A stretch of DNA of 64,000 nt, taken from positions 40,299 to 104,298 of the forward strand of contig WJMJ01000123.1 in NCBI GenBank assembly GCA_014728035.1, in the 5' to 3' direction. This document shows positions 40,829-49,296 of the stretch, in pieces (positions within the stretch are counted from its first letter, which is position 1; every line of letters begins with the position of its first letter). Both the position numbers and the translations under genes were made by a program. This DNA comes from Promethearchaeota archaeon (GTDB lineage: Archaea; Asgardarchaeota; Thorarchaeia; Thorarchaeales; Thorarchaeaceae). Below the pieces are notes generated by a model that saw only the letters and a program-made list of their open reading frames with translations, was not told the origin of the DNA and ran no database searches.

Positions 40829-41641
40829 ATGGTACAATATGCTGCAGTGATTAACATCTGGAATGAAGAAAATAGAATTGATGCTCTTTTTGATGAGTTG
40901 GAAAAACAGACAAAAAAACCAGCTCTCTGGATATGGATTGATGATGGTAGTACAGATGATTCGGTTGTAAGAATTGAGGAAAGATCACAGGATTCCTCCA
41001 TTCCTGTTTTAGTTCTTAGAGCCCCCACAAAACAAAAAGGTGATTTTGATAGTATTGGAAAAGCTTGGAATCATGTATTTGACAAAATCCAATCTTTGAA
41101 GGGATACGACTATCTACTAGTAGTTGATTCAGATTGTCATTTCCCAAGAAATTATGCTGAAAATATGATTGACTTCATGGAATCCCATGAAAATTATGGG
41201 GTTGCTGCAGGCCAAGTTCGTGGTGAAACTCGTTTACATATGCCAATGAATGCTGGAAAGATTGTCCGATGGGAGATTGTTGATTCGATCGAACGGTTTT
41301 GGGATATTGTCCCAGACACATTTTGGAACATTCGTGCACTATTCTTGGGGTATGACCTTGCTATTAGACCCGACATTATCATTGATGCATCACCATCCGC
41401 TGGTTTTACAAGAAAAGGAAGGTTCAGGTATGGCCGTCTTTCATATTATGTAGGCACTCACTTCTTGAGGGTTCTATTTGAAGCGATGAAGTTCTTACTT
41501 ACTGGCGGTATGGCAACTGCTTTCCTGCATGGGTATTTCTATGAGTGGTCAAAAGGAGATTGGAAATGTGACATTCCAATGATTCGAAAATTCTATTCCC
41601 TATCCGGTCTGATTCGTTGGCGTTTGTCACATTTCCTATAG
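40829..41641 (+). CDS. Glycosyltransferase family 2
   Basis: NEE, DDGSTD, VDSD. Confidence 0.85.
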   Translation: MVQYAAVINIWNEENRIDALFDELEKQTKKPALWIWIDDGSTDDSVVRIEERSQDSSIPVLVLRAPTKQKGDFDSIGKAWNHVFDKIQSLKGYDYLLVVDSDCHFPRNYAENMIDFMESHENYGVAAGQVRGETRLHMPMNAGKIVRWEIVDSIERFWDIVPDTFWNIRALFLGYDLAIRPDIIIDASPSAGFTRKGRFRYGRLSYYVGTHFLRVLFEAMKFLLTGGMATAFLHGYFYEWSKGDWKCDIPMIRKFYSLSGLIRWRLSHFL

Positions 41642-41662
41642 TTTCTACTTCGATTCGAGAAT

Positions 41663-43234
41663 CTATATGAGACCGGCTTTTTGAGCGAATTTTCTATACC
41701 CTTTCATTAACAGTTTTACTATATTACGTCTGAGATTGAATTTGATCCATTCTTCATCAGTAGGTTCTTTGAAGAAGAGTCCAAATTGAGCTGCGTATTC
41801 ATCTTCACTCTTAAACGATGTAAGTGTTTCAACAGCTGCGGGTGAGAAAATCAATTCCACATCTGGGTTTTCAGCTCTTCGTGGAATGACTTCTATCTCT
41901 CCTTTGTCAACAACAAGGACATGAAATCGTTCTCCTTTAATCTCATAGTCAATGACAGCATCTTTCTTCAATCCATCAAAGATTAGAGGATGTTTTCTTA
42001 GGTACTTCATAAATTGGGTCTTAAGAGGATGTTCTGATGTTTTAGATTTCTTTTTACCTTCTTTGACATATGGTATCAAAAACTCCGGAAGGTCTAGAAT
42101 CTTCATTGAACTTTCCGCATAATCCGCTCCATCTACCAGACCTTTATGACAGAATGGACAAGCAGTCACTAAGATCTGAGCATCAGTTTCTTCAGCTTCA
42201 TGAATACGATCTGCAGCAACTTTGTTTGCCAACTCTCCAAATGAACTCTTGACACCTCCGCCACTTCCACAGCAATGGGCATACCGTTTGTTTGTTTCCA
42301 TCTCAACTAGTTCAACATTTTCAACAGCTTGAATTACTCTTCGAGGAGCTTCATATACCTCAGCATGGCGTCCCAGGTGACATGGGTCGTGATAGGTCAC
42401 TTTGATATGTTCAGGAGCTTCAAATGATAGCTTCTCTTCCTGAATCAATCTATCAAGATACTCTGTGATATGAAGGACTTCAAAATCATAGTCATTTCCT
42501 TGTTCAATAACATCAACCTTCCAAGTTCTAAAACAACCCGCACACGATGTAACAACAGTCTTAGCACCTGATTCCTTGATCTTCTCAATATTGTGAGCAG
42601 ATAGTGCTGCAAAACTATCAGTCCTTCCTACTCTTAGAAGTACTGAACCACAACATCGTTCATCTCTCAATACTGTATAATTTATGCCTGATCGGTCAAG
42701 AAGGTCAACAGTCATTCGAGCAATCTCCTTCTCTCGATACGCGCTAGTACAACCAACAAAATAGACGATATCAGCTTTTTCAGGCCATTCTCGCTCACCA
42801 AATATTTCCAATCTTTTACTGTGTTGTTCTTTGTATGGGTTTCCAAGCTCATTGATTGATTTCTCAATCTTTTCATGTTTTTCTAGTTGATACCCAGCTT
42901 CAACAAGGTCTCTTCGAAAAGCTTCCATAATTTCTGGTAATCTAATGCCGTCAGCTGTGGCAGTACAGGTTTCTTGGCAGTTACGGCAAGTTGTACAGGT
43001 GTATGCCCAATTGATGATATCATCATCAACTTGGAGTTCGCCCACGAGGAGATCGTTTAAGACCATGATACGACCTCTGCAAGCAAATACCTCGAATCCA
43101 AGTACATTCTTAACGGAACAAGGATGAAAAACATCTCTATCCGAAGCTACTATTTTGTCAGCGAGAGAGCAATCTCCGCATCTTCCACAGAGAAAAAGAT
43201 CTTGTTCGTATTCTGACAAGTGATTGTATTCCAT
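41663..43234 (-). CDS. HdrD/GlcF-like Fe-S oxidoreductase with C-terminal SCP2-like domain
   Basis: CGRCGDC and CTTCRNCQETC ferredoxin motifs; two CCG domains (CCG, HDPCHLGR, CCGSGGG, TACPFC); an extra C-terminal domain of about 125 aa. Confidence 0.85.
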   Translation of the reverse strand: MEYNHLSEYEQDLFLCGRCGDCSLADKIVASDRDVFHPCSVKNVLGFEVFACRGRIMVLNDLLVGELQVDDDIINWAYTCTTCRNCQETCTATADGIRLPEIMEAFRRDLVEAGYQLEKHEKIEKSINELGNPYKEQHSKRLEIFGEREWPEKADIVYFVGCTSAYREKEIARMTVDLLDRSGINYTVLRDERCCGSVLLRVGRTDSFAALSAHNIEKIKESGAKTVVTSCAGCFRTWKVDVIEQGNDYDFEVLHITEYLDRLIQEEKLSFEAPEHIKVTYHDPCHLGRHAEVYEAPRRVIQAVENVELVEMETNKRYAHCCGSGGGVKSSFGELANKVAADRIHEAEETDAQILVTACPFCHKGLVDGADYAESSMKILDLPEFLIPYVKEGKKKSKTSEHPLKTQFMKYLRKHPLIFDGLKKDAVIDYEIKGERFHVLVVDKGEIEVIPRRAENPDVELIFSPAAVETLTSFKSEDEYAAQFGLFFKEPTDEEWIKFNLRRNIVKLLMKGYRKFAQKAGLI

Positions 43235-44659
43235 TTAGAAACCTCCTTCAAAGACATGTGGGCTTAGTATATTCTCAGGGTCCAGTGCTTTTTTCACTGT
43301 CCAGTATGCATCCAAAAACTTCTGGTCTGTCTGTTGTAATGCTCGTTTCTCCCATAGTAAACCATTCCAGTATGGACAACCTTTTGTTTCAATGACACTA
43401 TCTAACATCTCGTTCCAAGCTTTTAGAGCTAAATCCATCTTCTCCTTATTAGGAGCAAAAATAGTCACCCATCCAGTTGCGTAAGCCCTTTCAGCTCCAA
43501 GACAGCTTGCAATCCATTTGATTCCATTATCAAGAAGTTTGTATTTATCAAATATTGCCCACATTCTTTCCATCAAGTCTGGTATTTTTGTAATTGGTCT
43601 CAGATGGCATGTGTTTAACCAGAATCCATTATTGTAAAGTGGTTGAACTAAGTTAAAGAGCTCCGACCAGTGCATTTGTGAGGCAAAATTACCGAGGTCT
43701 TTTCCACCATGTTTCAATGCAATCTCTCGGATAATCTCCATTTTTCTTTTGGCAAGTTGTGCATCAATCTCCTGGACTACAGACGCGAACATTGACTTGA
43801 TCTCTGGATGTTTATCCAAGAATCCTGGGAAGAATGTATCGGTAGATTGTCTGTCTGCAAGAAGATTAAGCTCTTCTGTGAAGCCGAGCTTTTGAACCTC
43901 AAGAAAGGCCTTTGTGGCGTCTTCTAGACTTTTGAACCCAAAGTCTCCATAAGTAAAGTGGTCAGCTTTTGGATAGACCTTCAGAGTAACTTTGGTTTTC
44001 ACCCCCAAAGTACCATGGTCTCCAAGAAACAACCCAGTCATATCATTATATGTTGTATACCTTGCAAAGATTTGAGCATCTTTATTCCAGCCCGACCCTG
44101 TTTGGATAACATCACCATTTGCAAGTACAACTTCTAGAGAAACAACACCCTCTGTAGATGGTCCGAATTTTGATGCAGCGTATCCAATACTATTGATACT
44201 CACCGATCCTCCTACAGTACCCGCATTACCACCATAAGGGCCACGAAAACCAAGTTTGTATCCTTTTTCATCTAGACGGTGGATTAATTCCGCCCATCTA
44301 AGCCCTGCCTCTACTGTAACCGTCATGACATCCTCATCCAATTTGACGATTTTATCCATCTTCACCATGTCAAGCATAACAGCACCCTCAGACCTTGGAA
44401 GACATGCTCCACATATACCGTTTCGACCACCAGCTGGCACCAACGGTGTCTTTGTCTTCGCACAGAGCTTCACTATACTCTTAACTTCTTCAAGGGATTC
44501 TGGCATGACTACAATTTCAGGACGTTTCGCAGTAAGATGACAGGCATCTTTACTATATGCGGATATTACAACTCGACTATCACTAACTCGTTCTTCACTA
44601 ACTATTCTCTTTAGATCGTTATAGAGTGGGTGATTTTGAGAAGACTTGATGATACTCAT
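43235..44659 (-). CDS. FAD-binding oxidoreductase (GlcD/VAO-PCMH family)
   Basis: P.GGRNG, VEAG, TVGG, GDHGTLGV.T, VKKALDPENILSP. Confidence 0.88.
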   Translation of the reverse strand: MSIIKSSQNHPLYNDLKRIVSEERVSDSRVVISAYSKDACHLTAKRPEIVVMPESLEEVKSIVKLCAKTKTPLVPAGGRNGICGACLPRSEGAVMLDMVKMDKIVKLDEDVMTVTVEAGLRWAELIHRLDEKGYKLGFRGPYGGNAGTVGGSVSINSIGYAASKFGPSTEGVVSLEVVLANGDVIQTGSGWNKDAQIFARYTTYNDMTGLFLGDHGTLGVKTKVTLKVYPKADHFTYGDFGFKSLEDATKAFLEVQKLGFTEELNLLADRQSTDTFFPGFLDKHPEIKSMFASVVQEIDAQLAKRKMEIIREIALKHGGKDLGNFASQMHWSELFNLVQPLYNNGFWLNTCHLRPITKIPDLMERMWAIFDKYKLLDNGIKWIASCLGAERAYATGWVTIFAPNKEKMDLALKAWNEMLDSVIETKGCPYWNGLLWEKRALQQTDQKFLDAYWTVKKALDPENILSPHVFEGGF

Positions 44660-44767
44660 TCTCAGGCCTCGTACATTTTGAATCAATTTGCACTATAAGT
44701 ATTCAACGATACTGACCTTCATTAGAACGGTTTATCTAGCTCACAACTATATCTCTCATGAGAATTT

Positions 44768-45250
44768 ATGATGAAGATGGGTGTTGTACTCGGCCGAGGT
44801 GGACATACTACAGAAACACTTGGTTTGGTGGATTTACTAGGAAGTAATTTTGATTACGTCTATTTTGTGGATGTACTTGATAGGATAGTGGAAAGAAAAA
44901 TACGCTTTCCTGGACTTGTCTTGCCACTTCTAATTCCTAGATATCTTCCATCTGATTCAAAAATACTTTCTGTAATTCGTACTCTTTCCTCATTTGTCTT
45001 GTCTTTGTTTTTCATTCTTCTATTTCGACCTAGGGCAATAGTTAGCTGTGGGTCCGGACTAACAATACCTGTTTTTCAGGCGGCACGAATTCTTGGAATA
45101 AAAACAATCTATGTCGAAAGTATTGCAAGAGTCACTACTCTCTCCGGAACGGGGAAACTATTACTAGGCAAGTGTGATCTTTTCTTTTCGCAATGGCCTC
45201 AGCTTGCCAATTTACATCCGGAAATCGAATATGGGGGTTTGATTCTTTGA
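44768..45250 (+). CDS. alg14: Alg14-like UDP-GlcNAc transferase subunit
   Basis: LGRGGHT, YVESIARV..LS.TGKLL, QWPQL. Confidence 0.8.
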   Translation: MMKMGVVLGRGGHTTETLGLVDLLGSNFDYVYFVDVLDRIVERKIRFPGLVLPLLIPRYLPSDSKILSVIRTLSSFVLSLFFILLFRPRAIVSCGSGLTIPVFQAARILGIKTIYVESIARVTTLSGTGKLLLGKCDLFFSQWPQLANLHPEIEYGGLIL

Positions 45251-45696
45251 TATTTGTAACAGTTGGAACATCAAGCTTTGATCCTCTTATCGAAGCTATC
45301 GACCATCAAGTAGAAACAGGCCTGATTGCTGATTCTGTTGTTGCACAGATTGGTAGAGGTCGTTATGAACCAAGTCATATTCGGTATTTTAGATTCATTC
45401 GTTCCTTGGATTCAGCTTACGAAAGGGCAGATGTGATAATCAGTACAGGTGGTGCTGGAACAACCCTTGAATGTGTAACCAGAGGACTTCGGTTGGTGTC
45501 TGTTGAAAATACAACTTTGATGGAGGGTCACCAATCAGAATTAATCTCAGAGCTTGAATCTAAAGGTCACCTCATATGGTGTCGAGACCTTGGAAATCTA
45601 CATACTATCATTGAAAAGGCAAAGAAAAAAACATTCATCCCTTTCAAACCTGAACCTCCAACTGTACATCTATCTATCCTTGAGTATCTATCATAG
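45247..45696 (+). CDS. alg13: Alg13-like UDP-GlcNAc transferase catalytic subunit (GT28 C-terminal)
   Basis: TTG start overlapping the alg14 stop. IFVTVGTSSFD, QIGRG, GGAGT.LE, LM..HQ.EL. Confidence 0.8.
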   Translation: MIFVTVGTSSFDPLIEAIDHQVETGLIADSVVAQIGRGRYEPSHIRYFRFIRSLDSAYERADVIISTGGAGTTLECVTRGLRLVSVENTTLMEGHQSELISELESKGHLIWCRDLGNLHTIIEKAKKKTFIPFKPEPPTVHLSILEYLS

Positions 45697-45878
45697 AAGA
45701 ACCAAATCTTACTTCTGAACCTATCCTGGTGACAAGTCCTTGTGTTTTTTACTTAATTGGCGCGATTTGCATCTCTTGTTTATCCCCTCTTTGGAGGCTC
45801 TCCTTCAAGTTGATACCCCAACTAGTATGTGGATATTACTCTCATACATATCTGGCCTAGGCTTGGGTTGTATGTGAC

Positions 45879-45932
45879 TTTTATATACTGAAAAACACCT
45901 ATTCTCCATAGGAAACAGAGGTAAGTTACCTC
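45879..45932 (+). promoter_or_regulatory. TATA-like box followed by two inverted repeats
   Basis: ttttatata (45879), cctat-tctcc-atagg (45898-45912), gaggtaa-g-ttacctc (45918-45932). Confidence 0.4.
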
Positions 45933-45960
45933 GGTTAACTAAACTACGAGATGAGGAAAT

Positions 45961-46746
45961 TTGTCCAAAAGGAAATCAACCACCAAGGGCGCATCCAAGA
46001 AGCGCAAGAGGAAATCTAAGAAATCTACCGTGATTAAAACACGCGGTATTGGTATGGCTATCAAGTTGTTCAAGTATAGCGGGATAAGTGAGTCTAGCAC
46101 AAAGCTTGCTCGAGAACTTAGAGATATCACTTACGAACCAGCTGACGACAAAGACATTCAAAGCGGCTTTACAAAAGTCAAGAGGTCTGGTGATCTCATC
46201 ACTGCTGATTTTGTTGCTGGTTTTAGAGTTCCCGTACTTACTTATGACAAGAATGGTATGTTGACACCCCAGCATTATGTGAGTGTTGACAAAGGTACTG
46301 TCTTGATAAAAATGGACCGCGGATCTATTGAAGTTCGGGGCTCACAGCGAATCGCGAACAAATTCCGTCGGATTCTTGAAGACATAACCGGCGCTGAAAT
46401 CCTTCCAATGAACCTTAATGGTGGAACAAAAAAGCTCTATGATGAAGCTGCAGAGATTGCATCTGTCCTAGTATCTGGCATCGACAAAGGTAACCTATCA
46501 CAGGTTGAATTCAGAGGTGCTGGTATTCATACTGAGGAAGAAATTGGTATGTACACCCGAAGATACAAGGGTGAGATAACTCGTTTCCGCGGTGCATTCG
46601 CTTACCCAAGTGGTGCTTTCCTAACCACTTCCGTAAATGCTGAAAATGGTTCAATCATGCTCTACAAGAGCGGTGATGGTATCCAGGAGGCTGACCTGCA
46701 ATACATAGTCGAGCTCATGGAAAATGCATCATTAGAACACAACTAA
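45961..46746 (+). CDS. Hypothetical protein with Lys/Arg-rich N-terminal tail
   Basis: SKRKSTTKGASKKRKRKSKK tail; GAGGA RBS; own terminator candidate. Confidence 0.75.
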   Translation: MSKRKSTTKGASKKRKRKSKKSTVIKTRGIGMAIKLFKYSGISESSTKLARELRDITYEPADDKDIQSGFTKVKRSGDLITADFVAGFRVPVLTYDKNGMLTPQHYVSVDKGTVLIKMDRGSIEVRGSQRIANKFRRILEDITGAEILPMNLNGGTKKLYDEAAEIASVLVSGIDKGNLSQVEFRGAGIHTEEEIGMYTRRYKGEITRFRGAFAYPSGAFLTTSVNAENGSIMLYKSGDGIQEADLQYIVELMENASLEHN

Positions 46747-46794
46747 AGAACGGATATGGGCCTTGGTGGCCCTCTCCCCGTTCTTACTATTTTT
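46746..46794. terminator. Hairpin terminator candidate
   Basis: aagaacgg..gggcc-ttggt-ggccc..ccgttctt then a T-tract. Confidence 0.5.
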
Positions 46795-48135
46795 CTAGCT
46801 ACTATCTTTCAAGCGTATTAATGATTTTAATGAAGATGCCATCTGATTTGATATATTAACCAGAAATCTAGCTTCAGAAGGATCTGTTGTAATCTTGATA
46901 GAGAGACCAATTTTACTCAAGGCATCTTCAATAACCCTGAATTCTTCCAATTCCATAGGTGTCTGCAGTCCATTGTGAAATTGGTTTAGTAATTGATGTC
47001 CATATGCAGTGAAGTATAGTGGTCTCGTATTGATTTTTTCATCGTCCTGATATAGCACTAATTCCTCGACCTCTTCTTTTCGTCTTTGGATTATCTTCTC
47101 TGCGAGGAAAACACAGTCTCCACAGTCCTTAACCATCTTCTTAATATCGAATAGAACGGTTATTCCTTTGTTATCGATTTGTTTACTTACTTCTTCTAAC
47201 AGATATAGTTGTAATTTTCTTCTGATTTCTTCTGAAGTCAAATCTCTTGGTAGGTTGTTTACATACTCTACAATATTTCCTTCATATCCTATGAAATAAT
47301 CTAGACCATAGGATAAGAGAATAAGAGCTGAAACATGAAGAATTCTGTCATCTTCATAATATTGACCAGGATTGAAAGATTCTGAAGGTTCTGAATAAAA
47401 AATTGCGAATTTTCTTATAGCTGTTCTAAAATCTTGATGCAGAGATTGGTTTCGTAAATCTCCTCTATTCCAACGAACATCATATCGAATATTCCTTTCT
47501 TCAAATATTTTATCGTCAATCAATTCCAAAGCTCGTAACGCAACACCTGTGAATTGTGTATCTTGTTCATGAATGAGAAATCGAGATACATCAATAGAAT
47601 CAAATCTGTTCTCACCCAGAGAAACATCCTTCAAAGAATAACATGTCAGCAAAGGATCTAATTGTATCTCGGCAAGGAGATTGTTACCAAGGTCTAGTAA
47701 CCGCAACTCTCCATGGTCAATAAGTGGAGCTAAATCGATTTGCCTGATTTTATTGGACGAAAGAATTATCTCCCTTAGATTTTGACAATTCTGCAAAGGT
47801 TTGAGGTCTATTTTCCTCAGTTGATTTCGATTCAAGCGAAGAATACGGAGAGCGCTTACAGATTTTAGTGGAGCAAGGTTGATCGTTTTGAGTCGATTAC
47901 CACTCAGGTATAGTTTTTCCAGACTTGAGCAATATCTGAGAGAACCGAGATTGATTTCTTCTAGGTCATTTTCGGACAGGTCTATTTCTCTGATTCTCTG
48001 ATTAGAGGAAAGTCCAGAAAGATCAATCGATTCAATTTGCTGTCCTGAGAGATTCAAAACAATCTGATGAGAGTAGATGTGAAGCGTTTCAGGAGTACCA
48101 TCGCTTTTTCGCAGAAATAATGAGACTCTTCCCAT
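46795..48135 (-). CDS. Leucine-rich repeat protein
   Basis: About seven 22-aa repeats L..L.L..N.L..I.L.PL. Confidence 0.9.
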   Translation of the reverse strand: MGRVSLFLRKSDGTPETLHIYSHQIVLNLSGQQIESIDLSGLSSNQRIREIDLSENDLEEINLGSLRYCSSLEKLYLSGNRLKTINLAPLKSVSALRILRLNRNQLRKIDLKPLQNCQNLREIILSSNKIRQIDLAPLIDHGELRLLDLGNNLLAEIQLDPLLTCYSLKDVSLGENRFDSIDVSRFLIHEQDTQFTGVALRALELIDDKIFEERNIRYDVRWNRGDLRNQSLHQDFRTAIRKFAIFYSEPSESFNPGQYYEDDRILHVSALILLSYGLDYFIGYEGNIVEYVNNLPRDLTSEEIRRKLQLYLLEEVSKQIDNKGITVLFDIKKMVKDCGDCVFLAEKIIQRRKEEVEELVLYQDDEKINTRPLYFTAYGHQLLNQFHNGLQTPMELEEFRVIEDALSKIGLSIKITTDPSEARFLVNISNQMASSLKSLIRLKDSS

Positions 48136-48186
48136 ACTAATCTCAATCCTGACCCAATTACTGCGGTCACAAGATTCTATAGATGG

Positions 48187-48492
48187 TTATTGTGATTCCA
48201 ATAATTGATCACTATCTCGTTTGATTCCAATCACAGTACGAGTGTTTTCAATATACCATCTGGTCTTATCACGGAAATGAGGCCAGAATTTAAAGAACAT
48301 CTGTGGGTCGTCCGTTTCTACAACGAGAAATCCACTCCACTCCGTTCCCCAGGCGTATCTATAATCACCTACAATCCTCAATTCCTTGGGCCAACTTTCT
48401 TCTGAAAACTTCATCCAGAATTCTTTTGCTTCTCTAGCTTCTTGTTCCGCCATTAATTTGTATCTATAGAATACCAAGAATCCATAGGTCAT
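48187..48492 (-). CDS. Hypothetical small protein, paralogue of 2349-2690
   Basis: Start refined to MTYGFL, which removes the overlap with the 48565 ORF. AWGTEWSGFLVVE. Confidence 0.6.
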   Translation of the reverse strand: MTYGFLVFYRYKLMAEQEAREAKEFWMKFSEESWPKELRIVGDYRYAWGTEWSGFLVVETDDPQMFFKFWPHFRDKTRWYIENTRTVIGIKRDSDQLLESQ

Positions 48493-48564
48493 CTCATCTA
48501 CACCTATGTCATATGCAGTCGGTGGACTAAAAAAGATTCGCGCTTGTGCTAATTTGGATATGCC

Positions 48565-49296
48565 ATGGATCCAAGTAGTGAAGATATTGTCAGAAGAGAC
48601 TACAAGCACGGCAAGATTGCATATGGATTTCAGTGGAATATGGCAAGACATCGTGACTTGGGAAACACAGAAGGTGACTTAGCTTCTCTTTGGGCTCACC
48701 TGTTGAAAATAAAGAACGGAGTGATTCCTGAAGACCCCTTTCGGGACCCGTTCTATGGCCGTTCTTCCAAACTAAGGTTACCAAAAATGAGTTCACCTGC
48801 AAAATTGGCTTTTCGTAGAAAACTTGTTAGAAATGGAACTGTAATCAAGGATGTATCAAACCCCCTTGTATCGTTCATTAGGGATTTTCATTTTCAACGT
48901 GATGATCACAGCTTTAGAGCGGATCATAGTATTCTTCAGGATTTTCTGTATGAAGATTCCCGCGCTATTGCAATTGAAGTCCCAGTTTGGTCTGAGCGAT
49001 ACAAGATTTCTGGACACATTGATTTGATTCGTTTTTCAGATGAAAAAATTCAGGTTTGTGACTATAAACCAGGTCCCTTGGATAGTGTAGCAAAGCGTTT
49101 TTTGGATTCAATTCCTCAGGTCGCATCTTATGGAGAAATGCTATCGCACCACCTCTCTCAGACCCTTAGAAGTGCATTGGATGCATCTTTTCTTCCCAAA
49201 GTTGAGTGTTGTATCTTTGACACACATTCATGTTGGAGATTCGATTCTAATCTTTTTGTCACATTGGAAATGACAGATAAAATAGTCGGTCTTTAA
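48565..49296 (+). CDS. PD-(D/E)XK nuclease family protein
   Basis: H...IEVPV...GHIDLI...CDYKP...QVASY. Confidence 0.75.
   Translation: MDPSSEDIVRRDYKHGKIAYGFQWNMARHRDLGNTEGDLASLWAHLLKIKNGVIPEDPFRDPFYGRSSKLRLPKMSSPAKLAFRRKLVRNGTVIKDVSNPLVSFIRDFHFQRDDHSFRADHSILQDFLYEDSRAIAIEVPVWSERYKISGHIDLIRFSDEKIQVCDYKPGPLDSVAKRFLDSIPQVASYGEMLSHHLSQTLRSALDASFLPKVECCIFDTHSCWRFDSNLFVTLEMTDKIVGL

Noticed and set aside
45697-45870. Small hidden CDS in the long intergenic gap
   Set aside because: The minus-strand frames I translated hit stops within about 30 codons and show no recognisable motif.
48493-48651. N-terminal extension of the 48187 ORF overlapping the nuclease gene
   Set aside because: The paralogue alignment and RBS favour the ATG at 48492.
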